From Alphaproteobacteria bacterium (lineage in GTDB: Bacteria > Pseudomonadota > Alphaproteobacteria > UBA9655): DNA of 64,000 bases. This document shows positions 52,127-61,328 of this stretch, piece after piece. The notes beneath the pieces were generated by a model. It had not been told where the DNA came from. It ran no database searches and saw only the letters and a list, made by a program, of their open reading frames with translations. The DNA is taken from assembly GCA_019750035.1 (NCBI GenBank), contig JAIEOZ010000074.1, positions 37,543 to 101,542 on the forward strand. Direction: 5' to 3'. A program made the translations under genes and the position numbers. Position 1 is the first letter of the stretch, and each line of letters starts with the position of its first letter.

Positions 52127-54886
52127 ATGAGAAGAATACTTTTGTTTATGTCTATGATGTTGCTTGCTCAAACAGCATTTGCTTCACCATTAGGACTTGG
52201 AAACCTTTTTGAACCTGCTGCAAACGATGTGAGTATAAAAATACTTACTTCAATGTTTGGTGATTTGATTGGTTCAGGTGGTGTAGATTTATTGAGTGGT
52301 CCAATTAGTGTGCTTAATAAAGCAGTTTTAATAGTAGGTGGCATTTTGGCTACCTATACCCTATTAGCAGGAACAATAGGCACTGCACATGATGGTGAAG
52401 TCCTTGGAAAATCTTTTTCCAGTGTTTGGACTCCAATTAGATATGCTTTAGGAACAGCAATGATTATTCCCGTTTGGAATGGCTACTGCACTGTTCAACT
52501 ATTAATTGGTTGGTTAGTGATTCAATCAGTAGGAATGGCTGATGGTGTTTGGAATGCTTTTACTTCAACTTCAAACATGGCAAAAATGGTTGTAGTTGGT
52601 TACAACGCACCTGACTTAAAAAATGCTGCCTGGAACACATTCCAAAGCTTTACTTGTGTAGAAGGTTACAAAGCTGCTCTTGGTCCTGCTGATGAAGTAT
52701 TGGTTGGAAAAAATGCAGGTTCTAACATGGGTATCACTACAGAAGAAACTACAGACAATCTTATTTATAGTTTTGGCGACAAAACAGGTGCTTTATTTGA
52801 TAAAGATATTTGTGGAACTGTGACTGTTCCAAAATTAAAAGCTCCAACAATTACAACTTCAAAAACTTTTGACCAAGCTTTAGAAATTGATTTTTCTGCT
52901 GCACCTGCTTTAACTGCACAAATTCAAACAGTTCAGAAAGCACAAGTGGCTAAATTATTTACATCATTAAATGCTGAAGCTGTGAAAGTTATTTCTACTA
53001 ATGCAGCAATTGACCCATCAGGTGTGAATTTAGTCATTAAGTCTTATCAACAAGCATTGTCCGATGCTGCTCAATCTGCTGTAGCTTCAATTGACGGTTT
53101 AAGCACATTACAAAAGAATGCTCAAAAAGGTGGTTGGATTTCTCAGTTCTATTACTTCATGCAGTATTCATACTTATATGACAATATTTCTACTGCTCTT
53201 TCTTCTACACCTTCAGCAACAGGACCAGTGAATGCAGGTAATGGAAAATATTCTGATGATTTTTCTAAATACATTAAACCAATTGCTGACACTGTAACTC
53301 GTGGTGGTGGAACATTAGTTTTTGGTGGTTCTTCAGACCAAGCTGATTCTAAAACTTCTGATGAAAAAGGATTCTTCAGTAAAGTAAAAGAAATGTGGAA
53401 TAAATTCAAAGCTGAAGAAGTAGCAAAAAGAATCTTCATGGGTGCTGAATCTCACTTCCAAGCTAGTCCAGGTGAACACCCTGTCTATACGATGAAAAGA
53501 CTTGGTGACAACTTAGTAGCTGTTTCTTCAGGTGCTTTGGTTGCAGGTGGTGGATTAATGTTCACATTGGGTGCTCATCCCGGAATATCAGCATTTGTTC
53601 AAACTTTAATGATGATTGTTCTTGTTCCAATGTTAGTAACAGGCTTCATGTTGAAATATTTCCTTCCATTCATGCCTTTCTTATTAGGTGTTGGTGTGAT
53701 TGCAGGTTGGTTAATGGGTGTTGCTATTGCAATTATTGCTGCTCCTTTATGGGTTGTAGGTCATTTAAACCCTCATGCAGATGATATGGTTGGTTCTTCA
53801 GGACAAGGCTATAGATTAGTTTTAAGTATGACATTAAGACCTTCTTTAATCACAATAGGTATGTGTGTTGTGTTTGCAGGAATTATTGTAGTAGGTGGAT
53901 TTATTAATGAAACATTCTTACTTGCTTTCAATCTTGCTCAATCAGGTTCAGGAATATTTGGTTGGTTAATGGCTATTCTTGCTGCTCCATTACTTTACTT
54001 TGTTACTATGTTTAAGTTCATTCAAAGCATGTTCCAATACATTCATAAAATTGCTGATGAAGTTCTTGAATTCATTGGTGGTGGTGGTCATTCAGTTGGT
54101 GGAACTGCTGATGCAATGGCTGACCATTCTTCACATAATGCAGGTGCTGCTGCTGCCGGTGGTGCTGCTGGAAGTCTTTTATCTAATATGAGAGGTCGTA
54201 ATGGCGGTGGTGGTGACGGTGGTGGTGCTAAATCTCCAGAAATTTCAAGTGGTAAAGGTGATAGCAAACCATCATTAATGGACAAAGTTCTTTCAAGAGA
54301 AAAACAAAATCCTGGTATGTCTGACAGTCAAAATAAAGTGAATTCTTTGGCGACAAATGGCATATTAAAAGACACTCAAGAAAATCACATGATGAAATCA
54401 GAATACGGTTCTATGATGAAATCTGTTGGTGGTGAAGATAGTAAATTAGGTCAAAGATTTGCTGAAACAATGAAAAGTAATGCTTCTAAATCTGAATTTT
54501 CAAATCAATCTCCTTCTGAAATCATGCAAGCTTCTATGGGTTCGGTTCTTGAAGGTTCTTATGGTAAAAATGCACTTGAAGCAATTAAAGAACATACAGG
54601 TGGAGAAATGTCAGGTGATAAATTTGACTTTGCAATGTCTGAAATGACTACTGCAAAAGACAATATTTTTAATAATGCAGATTTGTCTAATGATGAAAAA
54701 AGAAAAACATTTTCTGATTCTTCTCGTTCATTGAAAAATGACTTGAAAGAAAATTCAAAAGGATTGGCAGAAGGAACAGTAACTGCTCAACAGTTATTTA
54801 CAAAAAATCTTGGTGAATTTACAGGTAAAACAATGCCAGAAAATCCAAAAACACCAACTGAACCTGCTCCACAAATTAACGGTTAA
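52127..54886 (+). CDS. dotA: DotA/TraY-family type IVB secretion membrane protein
   Basis: 919 aa. Signal peptide. The block DVSIKILTSMFGDLIG...GEVLGKSFSSVWTPIRYALGTAMIIPVWNGYCTVQ..GMADGVWN matches the DotA/TraY N-terminal signature as I remember it. About 6 TM helices around residues 470-620. Gly-rich tail. Confidence 0.75.
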   Translation: MRRILLFMSMMLLAQTAFASPLGLGNLFEPAANDVSIKILTSMFGDLIGSGGVDLLSGPISVLNKAVLIVGGILATYTLLAGTIGTAHDGEVLGKSFSSVWTPIRYALGTAMIIPVWNGYCTVQLLIGWLVIQSVGMADGVWNAFTSTSNMAKMVVVGYNAPDLKNAAWNTFQSFTCVEGYKAALGPADEVLVGKNAGSNMGITTEETTDNLIYSFGDKTGALFDKDICGTVTVPKLKAPTITTSKTFDQALEIDFSAAPALTAQIQTVQKAQVAKLFTSLNAEAVKVISTNAAIDPSGVNLVIKSYQQALSDAAQSAVASIDGLSTLQKNAQKGGWISQFYYFMQYSYLYDNISTALSSTPSATGPVNAGNGKYSDDFSKYIKPIADTVTRGGGTLVFGGSSDQADSKTSDEKGFFSKVKEMWNKFKAEEVAKRIFMGAESHFQASPGEHPVYTMKRLGDNLVAVSSGALVAGGGLMFTLGAHPGISAFVQTLMMIVLVPMLVTGFMLKYFLPFMPFLLGVGVIAGWLMGVAIAIIAAPLWVVGHLNPHADDMVGSSGQGYRLVLSMTLRPSLITIGMCVVFAGIIVVGGFINETFLLAFNLAQSGSGIFGWLMAILAAPLLYFVTMFKFIQSMFQYIHKIADEVLEFIGGGGHSVGGTADAMADHSSHNAGAAAAGGAAGSLLSNMRGRNGGGGDGGGAKSPEISSGKGDSKPSLMDKVLSREKQNPGMSDSQNKVNSLATNGILKDTQENHMMKSEYGSMMKSVGGEDSKLGQRFAETMKSNASKSEFSNQSPSEIMQASMGSVLEGSYGKNALEAIKEHTGGEMSGDKFDFAMSEMTTAKDNIFNNADLSNDEKRKTFSDSSRSLKNDLKENSKGLAEGTVTAQQLFTKNLGEFTGKTMPENPKTPTEPAPQING

Positions 54887-54907
54887 ATTAGTGATTAAAT
54901 AAAAAAA

Positions 54908-54922
54908 GCCCCATTATGGGGC
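54908..54922. terminator. bidirectional intrinsic terminator
   Basis: GCCCC-attat-GGGGC after dotA and after the 108-aa ORF. Confidence 0.75.
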
Positions 54923-54948
54923 TTTTTGATTTGGTGAATGAAATATTA

Positions 54949-55275
54949 TCACTCATTCATTTTCTTTAAAATTTCTTCAGGACTTTGCTTCACACTTCTA
55001 ATGGCTGTTTTTCCGTCTTCTGAAATTTTTATTTCTCCAGTTTTAACTAGATACTCAAAATAAAGTGTTTCTGAAAAAGGCTTGTTATCAATTTTTTCCT
55101 TAAAATACCTTTTCATTATTCCCTTTGGGGAAATTACTTGTTCAACGATATTTTTAATTTCAGATTCAGACATTTGGGTGTGTCTACTAAAAAATTCTTT
55201 AGTAGCCCACTCAACAATGTTTGACATTTCTTCTACCATTTCAAATGCCTGAGAAACAGATATTTGACCATCCAT
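54949..55275 (-). CDS. hypothetical protein immediately downstream of res
   Basis: 108 aa, starting 45 nt after the res stop. No terminator seen in between. Confidence 0.5.
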   Translation of the reverse strand: MDGQISVSQAFEMVEEMSNIVEWATKEFFSRHTQMSESEIKNIVEQVISPKGIMKRYFKEKIDNKPFSETLYFEYLVKTGEIKISEDGKTAIRSVKQSPEEILKKMNE

Positions 55276-55319
55276 GTTTAAGTTCCTTATTCAGTGAGTT
55301 ACTTATTATTTAATAAATG

Positions 55320-57935
55320 TTATGACAACATAGTTTCAAATGCTTCTTCAAACTCTGGCATACGTTCTGTGCTGTTATAAAATGGAAGACCCCAAACAAT
55401 GTATTTCTTGTTTGAAAAAAGCTGTTCAACTTCAAAATGGTCCTTAATGGATATAAGGAACTTTTCTTTCCACTCATCAGCCTTCAAAAGATGTGTGCCT
55501 TTTGGTTCAACAAAAACTTGGTAATGCATTGTGTCTGTTTTTTCCTTACCAATCATGTAAAGAATAAAATCAGGTTCAAAAGGTCTTCCATCTTCAAAAG
55601 CATAAATTTTGAAATGTTTTTCATTCCGAATTAAATATGCTTCTGAATACATTTTTGAAAGCTCCTTGTATCTCTTATCAATATATTGAATAAGAAGCTT
55701 TTCTTCAGAAGTGCCAAAACAGTCATCAAAAGCAAACCATGCTCTTGTAGTCAAATCCAAATGATATGCTGTTTCAATTGCATTATTCATGGATTTTCCA
55801 AACTCCTTATCTTCACCATCATCGAGCATAAAATTCAAACTCTTATCGGTGAAAACTTCACGAATCATTCGTGGTGAAAACTTTTTACTACCCTTGTATT
55901 CAAGTTTATCAGAAGCAATTACACTACTGATTTCATTGAGTACCTGTATTGTTGCATCAAGCATTTCTTCAGGTTTGAGATTGTTGACCTGGTCTGCCAA
56001 TCCTGTGATTTCAACCTTCACTTTTCCAAGATAATTATCAGATATTATGAATTCTTGGATGGATTTCAAATTAGGTAAATATTTTTTCAAAGAAGAAAAT
56101 TCATAAAATTCAATTCGTTGAATAGCCTTCCTAACAATGGCAGTTCCAAAGTCTTTTATAATGAAATCTTTACCTTCTTTATTAGCTCCCTTGTCATTAT
56201 TTTGAGTATCAAAGGCAACTACACTTTTTGTGTATCCAGTTCTCAAAGAAACACGGTGAGTTTGGCTGATGATGCTACTTTCAAGCCCTTTAATTTCTTC
56301 CCTTGTGTACTTCAATCTGTCATTTAAAAATAAATGACCTGCCTTGTATAAAGCAGTTTCCTTGAAACTATTTTTCAGGTTGACTTTCCGTTCCTTAGTT
56401 TCCTTTGCCTTCATACCGATTTCTTGAAGTGCAGTATTTAGCTCTTGGATGTACTTTGGATTGTAAGCACTGTGATAGTAAAGTTCTTCACAGATTCGCA
56501 TTTCATTATCTAGGTCAGAATCAAATTTCCGTCCAAACAATGGTTGGTCATTAGCTGTTTGAAATGGGCAATAGCGAGCGCCACGACCAATCAACTGTGC
56601 TTCACTCATCGTTGTTTTTCCTATTTTTCCACCCTTACTATCACGAGTGTCATATAGGCGAACGATGTCAAAAAGATTGAGAACATCCCAACCTTCATTC
56701 AGTTTATCAACTGCAAACACTACCCTGTACTCATTACTTTCTAATGAGTTGACTGCAAGTTGTTTTGCATCAGAATCTTCTTTACTATTAACTGAAATTA
56801 ATTTTTCTTCAGAAAAATCTTCTTTCAATTCAATAATAAGATTCTCAAGTGTAATATTGTTTTTTTCTAGATAATTAAATACAGTAAGAATTGTTTCTTC
56901 ACTGCTTCTGATTTTGATTGCTTCCAATGTTTCAGGTTTCAGTGCCTTGATACATGCCTTGAACTCATCAAAAAAAGCTTGACTATCTTTGATAGTTTTA
57001 GATTTAAGTAAGATAACAGGCTTGATATGCAACTTGTTTTTTTCAAAAATCTTTCTTCTGTATTGACTTAAAAGAACTGCTTGAATTGCTCTATCAATTG
57101 GTGACAAGTCTGCTTGTAATACCTTCACTTCCTTTGAATAACCATCTTTTCTAAATTCTTTTAGTGGATAGTCAAAGATAAGTTTTGGCTTATATTTTTC
57201 ATTGAGATTTTCATCACTGAAATCAACAGTTGCAGTGAACTCAAGCAAAACATTAGAAGGATTTGCACGAAAAATTCTTTCAACTGTTCCTTCCCAAGAA
57301 ATAACTTCAAAAAGCTCATCTTGGTCTACTGCTTTACCTTTTTTGGTATCTGCATTTATGTGGTGTGCTTCATCTGAAATAAGAACAATCTTCTGGTCTT
57401 CAAAATCATCATAAGTTAGACTGTTTTCTCTTGGAACATTCAAAGCCATGTGCAAACCTTGAATGGTAGAAAATACTATATTAATATCATCAGGATTAAC
57501 ACTCTGAAAATTATCAACTTCACGAATAGCAACTCTTTTATCACCAAAGCTTATTGTTTCAGAAAATAAATATTTTCTTGAAAATGAATTCAAAAAATTA
57601 TCTCTTGTTTTCTCAATGATGTTGCTATTATTAACAAAGAACAAAAAGTTCCTGTATCCCTTTTCATAGAGATATGCAATTAAACCTGCCATCATTAAAG
57701 TCTTACCACTGCCTGTTGCCATGTGGAAGAGAAGTTGATGGTTTTGCCGTGGTTTTCCGTCAAATGCTTCTTGCCAATAATTCAGAAAGAACTTAAAAGC
57801 TCGTTCCTGATATGGTCGCATTGGGAAATTAGGGTTCAGATTACCAATGATTGAATCTGGTAACTTGGTTGCTTCAATCGTTCTTTTTCCAAGTTCTTCA
57901 ATAAGAATTTGAAATAAAGTTTTTGTATCAGCCAT
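55320..57935 (-). CDS. res: type III restriction enzyme, Res subunit
   Basis: 871 aa. SF2 motifs MATGSGKT, SDEAHH, FTAT and QLIGRGAR. C-terminal PD-(D/E)xK-like EPDF...VEPKG. Confidence 0.88.
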   Translation of the reverse strand: MADTKTLFQILIEELGKRTIEATKLPDSIIGNLNPNFPMRPYQERAFKFFLNYWQEAFDGKPRQNHQLLFHMATGSGKTLMMAGLIAYLYEKGYRNFLFFVNNSNIIEKTRDNFLNSFSRKYLFSETISFGDKRVAIREVDNFQSVNPDDINIVFSTIQGLHMALNVPRENSLTYDDFEDQKIVLISDEAHHINADTKKGKAVDQDELFEVISWEGTVERIFRANPSNVLLEFTATVDFSDENLNEKYKPKLIFDYPLKEFRKDGYSKEVKVLQADLSPIDRAIQAVLLSQYRRKIFEKNKLHIKPVILLKSKTIKDSQAFFDEFKACIKALKPETLEAIKIRSSEETILTVFNYLEKNNITLENLIIELKEDFSEEKLISVNSKEDSDAKQLAVNSLESNEYRVVFAVDKLNEGWDVLNLFDIVRLYDTRDSKGGKIGKTTMSEAQLIGRGARYCPFQTANDQPLFGRKFDSDLDNEMRICEELYYHSAYNPKYIQELNTALQEIGMKAKETKERKVNLKNSFKETALYKAGHLFLNDRLKYTREEIKGLESSIISQTHRVSLRTGYTKSVVAFDTQNNDKGANKEGKDFIIKDFGTAIVRKAIQRIEFYEFSSLKKYLPNLKSIQEFIISDNYLGKVKVEITGLADQVNNLKPEEMLDATIQVLNEISSVIASDKLEYKGSKKFSPRMIREVFTDKSLNFMLDDGEDKEFGKSMNNAIETAYHLDLTTRAWFAFDDCFGTSEEKLLIQYIDKRYKELSKMYSEAYLIRNEKHFKIYAFEDGRPFEPDFILYMIGKEKTDTMHYQVFVEPKGTHLLKADEWKEKFLISIKDHFEVEQLFSNKKYIVWGLPFYNSTERMPEFEEAFETMLS

Positions 57936-57938
57936 TCT

Positions 57939-59789
57939 TTATCCTTGACCAAAGAATTTTTTATTTAATGCTTTATCAGCATCAGAAATGGAATATGTCA
58001 CATCATCAATCTCTGATAATGGAACATAAAGCATGTTCTTATCAAGAGTTTCAATAAGAAACTTTCTTTGGTCTTCAAGGCTGAGTTCTACAAAATCACT
58101 TTTTGATTCATCAAATAACTTTGGATTAACACGATAAGAAAGAAATGCCTTGTTTTGCATTTCATTCCAAATATTTAAAAGCACTTCTGATGTTTTGGCT
58201 GATTGAATCAAATCAACAAAAACTTGATTTGCTCTAGCAAGTTCACAGTAAATAAATTCACCACCACCTATCCAATTGACAGCCTTACTAATTCCATATT
58301 GTTCACCCTTAACAACTTCAGCAAGTCTTGGACATGTAATTTCATTAATATAATCTAATTGTTCAACACCTACCCATTTACGATTTAATTTATGTGCAGT
58401 TGCTAATGTTGAACCTGAACCTGAAAAGAAGTCCATAACCCAATCACCTTCATCTGAAGCCAAACGAATAACTTCAGCAAGGTACTTTTCATTCTTTGCA
58501 GTCTTAAATCCGTGGTCACTGTTTGCAATTGGAACACCACTCCAAACAGTATCCCCAATTCTTCTTTCTGCTGGTGCTCTCCAATATTGTGGTTTCCCAT
58601 CATCAGATTTACGAATGAAAGAAAGTGCTTCACCTGTATCTCTCCAATATTCAGCAAGAGTTCTTCCACCACCTTCTTCTTGAAACCGTTCATAGTTAGC
58701 TATAGCTTGAAGTGCTCTTTCTTCACCCCATACCCATTGACCTTTATCAATTTTTGTTCCAAGAAGTTCATATTGCATGGTCTTTCTTTCTTCTGTACTC
58801 CATGCATGATGCCAATGTCCTTCAACATTTCCAAGGTCATGTTTATCTACCCAATAAGGTTTAAAACTAACTTCAGGATTTTTGGTGTACCAAAACAATG
58901 TGTCATGTCTAACTTGTAGCTTCTTGATTGTTTTAAATTGTTTCTGAAGTCCTTTAACAGCACGACCTGGAAGAATGATTTCATTTCTAAAATTCTCTCT
59001 TCCATAAATTTCATCTAACAACATTTTTATAGGATGATTGTTGTCATGGTCAATATGAACAAAAATAGAACCATCGGTTGCAAGCAATAATTTTGCAACT
59101 TCAAGCCTGTTTTTCAGGAATGTGAACCATGTTGATTGTGTGAATGTGTCGTTATATTGAAAGCTATCATTATCAGTGTTAAATGGTGGGTCAATAAATA
59201 TGACCTTGAACCTGCCTTGATGTGTCTTCAACAAAGTATGAAGAGCAAGTAGGTTATTCCCTTTTATCAATAAATTATCTTGAGAAGAAACTGATGTAGG
59301 AATAGTTTCACCATCCTTGGTGAATTTCTTCCAATTATAAAAAGCTTTAGGTGCAAGTAATCTATCAATTTGGTCAGGTGCAAGAACTTCATTCCAAAAC
59401 ACTTCATCCCTTTTAGCTTCAGCCCTATCTTGTCCACCTTCAAGAATACAATCCTTGTACGGCCAAGCAAGCACAACTTCTTTAGAGTCGTTCAAATACT
59501 CATCATCTGCAACAAGTCCAATCTTGTTTTTGAAAGCTGTGAAACTGTCAGGTAAGAATTTTTTATTACTGACAAATTTTTGAAATTTAATTTTATCAAA
59601 AACCGTAACACTTTCTACTTCAACAAAAAAATGCTTTCGCAATGATTTATTTTTTAATAAATGAGAAATAAGAAGTGGGTCAAGGTTTAAGGCAAGTTCA
59701 ACAACTTTATTTTTCATCAACTTACCTTCAGAAACCAAACGGTCATCTACTGAAAGTAAATCTATGAGTTCTTGGAATAGGTTTTGCAT
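57939..59789 (-). CDS. mod: type III R-M methyltransferase, Mod subunit
   Basis: 616 aa. Motif IV FIDPPFNT comes before motif I DFFSGSGST (beta-class order). 3-nt gap to res. Confidence 0.88.
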   Translation of the reverse strand: MQNLFQELIDLLSVDDRLVSEGKLMKNKVVELALNLDPLLISHLLKNKSLRKHFFVEVESVTVFDKIKFQKFVSNKKFLPDSFTAFKNKIGLVADDEYLNDSKEVVLAWPYKDCILEGGQDRAEAKRDEVFWNEVLAPDQIDRLLAPKAFYNWKKFTKDGETIPTSVSSQDNLLIKGNNLLALHTLLKTHQGRFKVIFIDPPFNTDNDSFQYNDTFTQSTWFTFLKNRLEVAKLLLATDGSIFVHIDHDNNHPIKMLLDEIYGRENFRNEIILPGRAVKGLQKQFKTIKKLQVRHDTLFWYTKNPEVSFKPYWVDKHDLGNVEGHWHHAWSTEERKTMQYELLGTKIDKGQWVWGEERALQAIANYERFQEEGGGRTLAEYWRDTGEALSFIRKSDDGKPQYWRAPAERRIGDTVWSGVPIANSDHGFKTAKNEKYLAEVIRLASDEGDWVMDFFSGSGSTLATAHKLNRKWVGVEQLDYINEITCPRLAEVVKGEQYGISKAVNWIGGGEFIYCELARANQVFVDLIQSAKTSEVLLNIWNEMQNKAFLSYRVNPKLFDESKSDFVELSLEDQRKFLIETLDKNMLYVPLSEIDDVTYSISDADKALNKKFFGQG

Positions 59790-59984
59790 GGAATTATCTT
59801 TTCCTTATCTCGCTTATGCGATTTTTAATTAGTGCTACAAAGCACATAAGCCAGAAGACAAAACTGCATTCTGGCTTATAAACTCTGTCAACGAGAAAAG
59901 CCCCTTTCGGGGTTTTTTCATTATCAACTTAATTCAATTTTGTTTGAATTAATTCAGAATATTCATACTTATTTAAAATGAAAA

Positions 59985-60008
59985 AAGAGCCACTATAAAG
60001 TGACTCTT
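59985..60008 (-). terminator. intrinsic terminator after the 245-aa gene
   Basis: AAGAGcCACT-ataa-AGTGaCTCTT followed by a T run. Confidence 0.6.
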
Positions 60009-60019
60009 TTTCAAGTGCT

Positions 60020-60757
60020 TCACACTGTTGCTGCTTCAGGTTGTGCAGTAGTTTCAGCAGGTGCAGCTTTTGCATCAATAACTGCTTGAATTTCTGCATC
60101 AGTTGGGAACTTACCACCCAATTTCTTAACCCAATCTTTAGTTACCTTTTGGGTTTTATCATCATTAATGCCAAACATAGCAAAGAATTTTTCAAGCAAA
60201 TGGAATTTGGCTTTTACACCCCTGTCCATTGGTTCCCATTTAACCAATTCAGCCTTAACTTCCTTAGTCAGTTTAGGAAAAACCTTTTCAACATCCTTCT
60301 TAAAGTCACCAACAAACTTGGCTTCCCAAGATTGACCTTTTGGAGTTGCACCAATAACTACAGTGTAGCTATCAACACCTTCAGGCTTATTTTTATATAC
60401 ACCTGCACCAAAATCTTTCAGCTTGAAAGTGCCAAGTGCCAAAGTCAAACCTGCTTTTTTAACTACTGCACCAGAAATCAATTTGCTCAATTCAGCAGGT
60501 TTGAAACCCAAAGATTTCATAACCTCAATCATATTAATGAATTCTTGTTTCTTCGGTTCTTTTTGCTTCAGAACACGAGCTTCAGAAATTTTCTTTTGAA
60601 AATCGCCCAAGATTTTTTGCTCTTCCTTATTCAAAGGCATTGCAAACATAGTGCTCTTTTGAATCAGTGCATTATATTGGGCAAAACCTTCTTGACCCAA
60701 AGCTTCTTGATTCAGTTGTTGGGCAGCTTGCATTTGTTCAACAGAAAACATTTCCAT
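60020..60757 (-). CDS. hypothetical protein
   Basis: 245 aa. RBS TGGAG. Near-consensus promoter at 60836-60864. The antisense ORF 60041-60790 looks like junk. Confidence 0.6.
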   Translation of the reverse strand: MEMFSVEQMQAAQQLNQEALGQEGFAQYNALIQKSTMFAMPLNKEEQKILGDFQKKISEARVLKQKEPKKQEFINMIEVMKSLGFKPAELSKLISGAVVKKAGLTLALGTFKLKDFGAGVYKNKPEGVDSYTVVIGATPKGQSWEAKFVGDFKKDVEKVFPKLTKEVKAELVKWEPMDRGVKAKFHLLEKFFAMFGINDDKTQKVTKDWVKKLGGKFPTDAEIQAVIDAKAAPAETTAQPEAATV

Positions 60758-60835
60758 TATAAATCTCCAGAAAAATTAAAAGTAAGTTAGAAGTCACTCA
60801 ACACATTTAACTTAGTTCTCTGTGCTGATGTATGT

Positions 60836-60864
60836 ACTATAGATGGGTGCTAGTAGTGCGTCAA
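60836..60864 (-). promoter_or_regulatory. near-consensus promoter of the 245-aa gene
   Basis: TTGACG-N17-TATAGT, with a leader of about 78 nt. Confidence 0.6.
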
Positions 60865-61016
60865 CAACTTTTGAAGAAATAAATTATCTTTTTTATGCGT
60901 TGCGCTAATCATACATCACAATTCCACAATGTAGAAATGAAACAGTGCTTTATATAAGTTAAAACTATAAGAAATGCTTTTCATTAGAAAAAACTTATCT
61001 TAGGAAGTTGTTCTTT

Positions 61017-61196
61017 TACCTGGTCTTCACCTGGAACGCCCTAGTAAACAACCACACCTTCTAAAAAACGACCTTCAGAAACATACCTAGAAGCTCTTGA
61101 AACCACCTTGCCTATAGTAACAGTGCTTGAAGCTACTCTATGCTGTTATAGAGCCTATAAATCAATCTTACTGACGATTGTTCAACATTTAAGCAG
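61017..61196 (+). repeat. structured repeat, copy 3 (more diverged)
   Basis: ACCTGG-N6-ACCTGGAAC, then AAAAAACGACCTTCAGAAACATACCTAGAAGCTC, GTGCTTGAAG, inner hairpin CTCTAT-N6-ATAGAG, and ..TTTAAGCAG. Confidence 0.65.
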
Positions 61197-61252
61197 ATAG
61201 ACAACCAACAACCACAAACAAAAAATGCTTCATATAGAAGCATGGTCTTTAA

Positions 61253-61299
61253 ATATCCTTCAAATGCCAAACAGAAAAAAAGCCACTGAATAGTGGCTT
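61253..61299. repeat. 47-bp perfect direct repeat, copy 2
   Basis: Identical to 35312-35358, 25.9 kb away. Confidence 0.9.
61282..61297 (-). terminator. terminator inside 47-bp repeat copy 2
   Basis: GCCACT-gaat-AGTGGC followed by T7 on the minus strand, after 61329-61724. Confidence 0.7.
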
Positions 61300-61328
61300 A
61301 TATATTTTTGTTTTTATTATTAATTTAT

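Noticed and set aside
57939-59789. Phase-variable simple-sequence repeat in the type III mod gene.
   Set aside because: I saw no tetra- or penta-nucleotide tract or long homopolymer in the mod coding sequence.
60020-60757. Calling the 245-aa protein an H-NS-like stealth nucleoid protein.
   Set aside because: Its position and charge pattern are suggestive, but I cannot find the H-NS/MvaT C-terminal DNA-binding motif. I left it as hypothetical.
60041-60790. 249-aa plus-strand ORF overlapping the 245-aa minus-strand ORF.
   Set aside because: The product is Cys/Phe/Asn-rich nonsense-like sequence with no RBS. The minus-strand frame has an RBS, a near-consensus promoter and a terminator.
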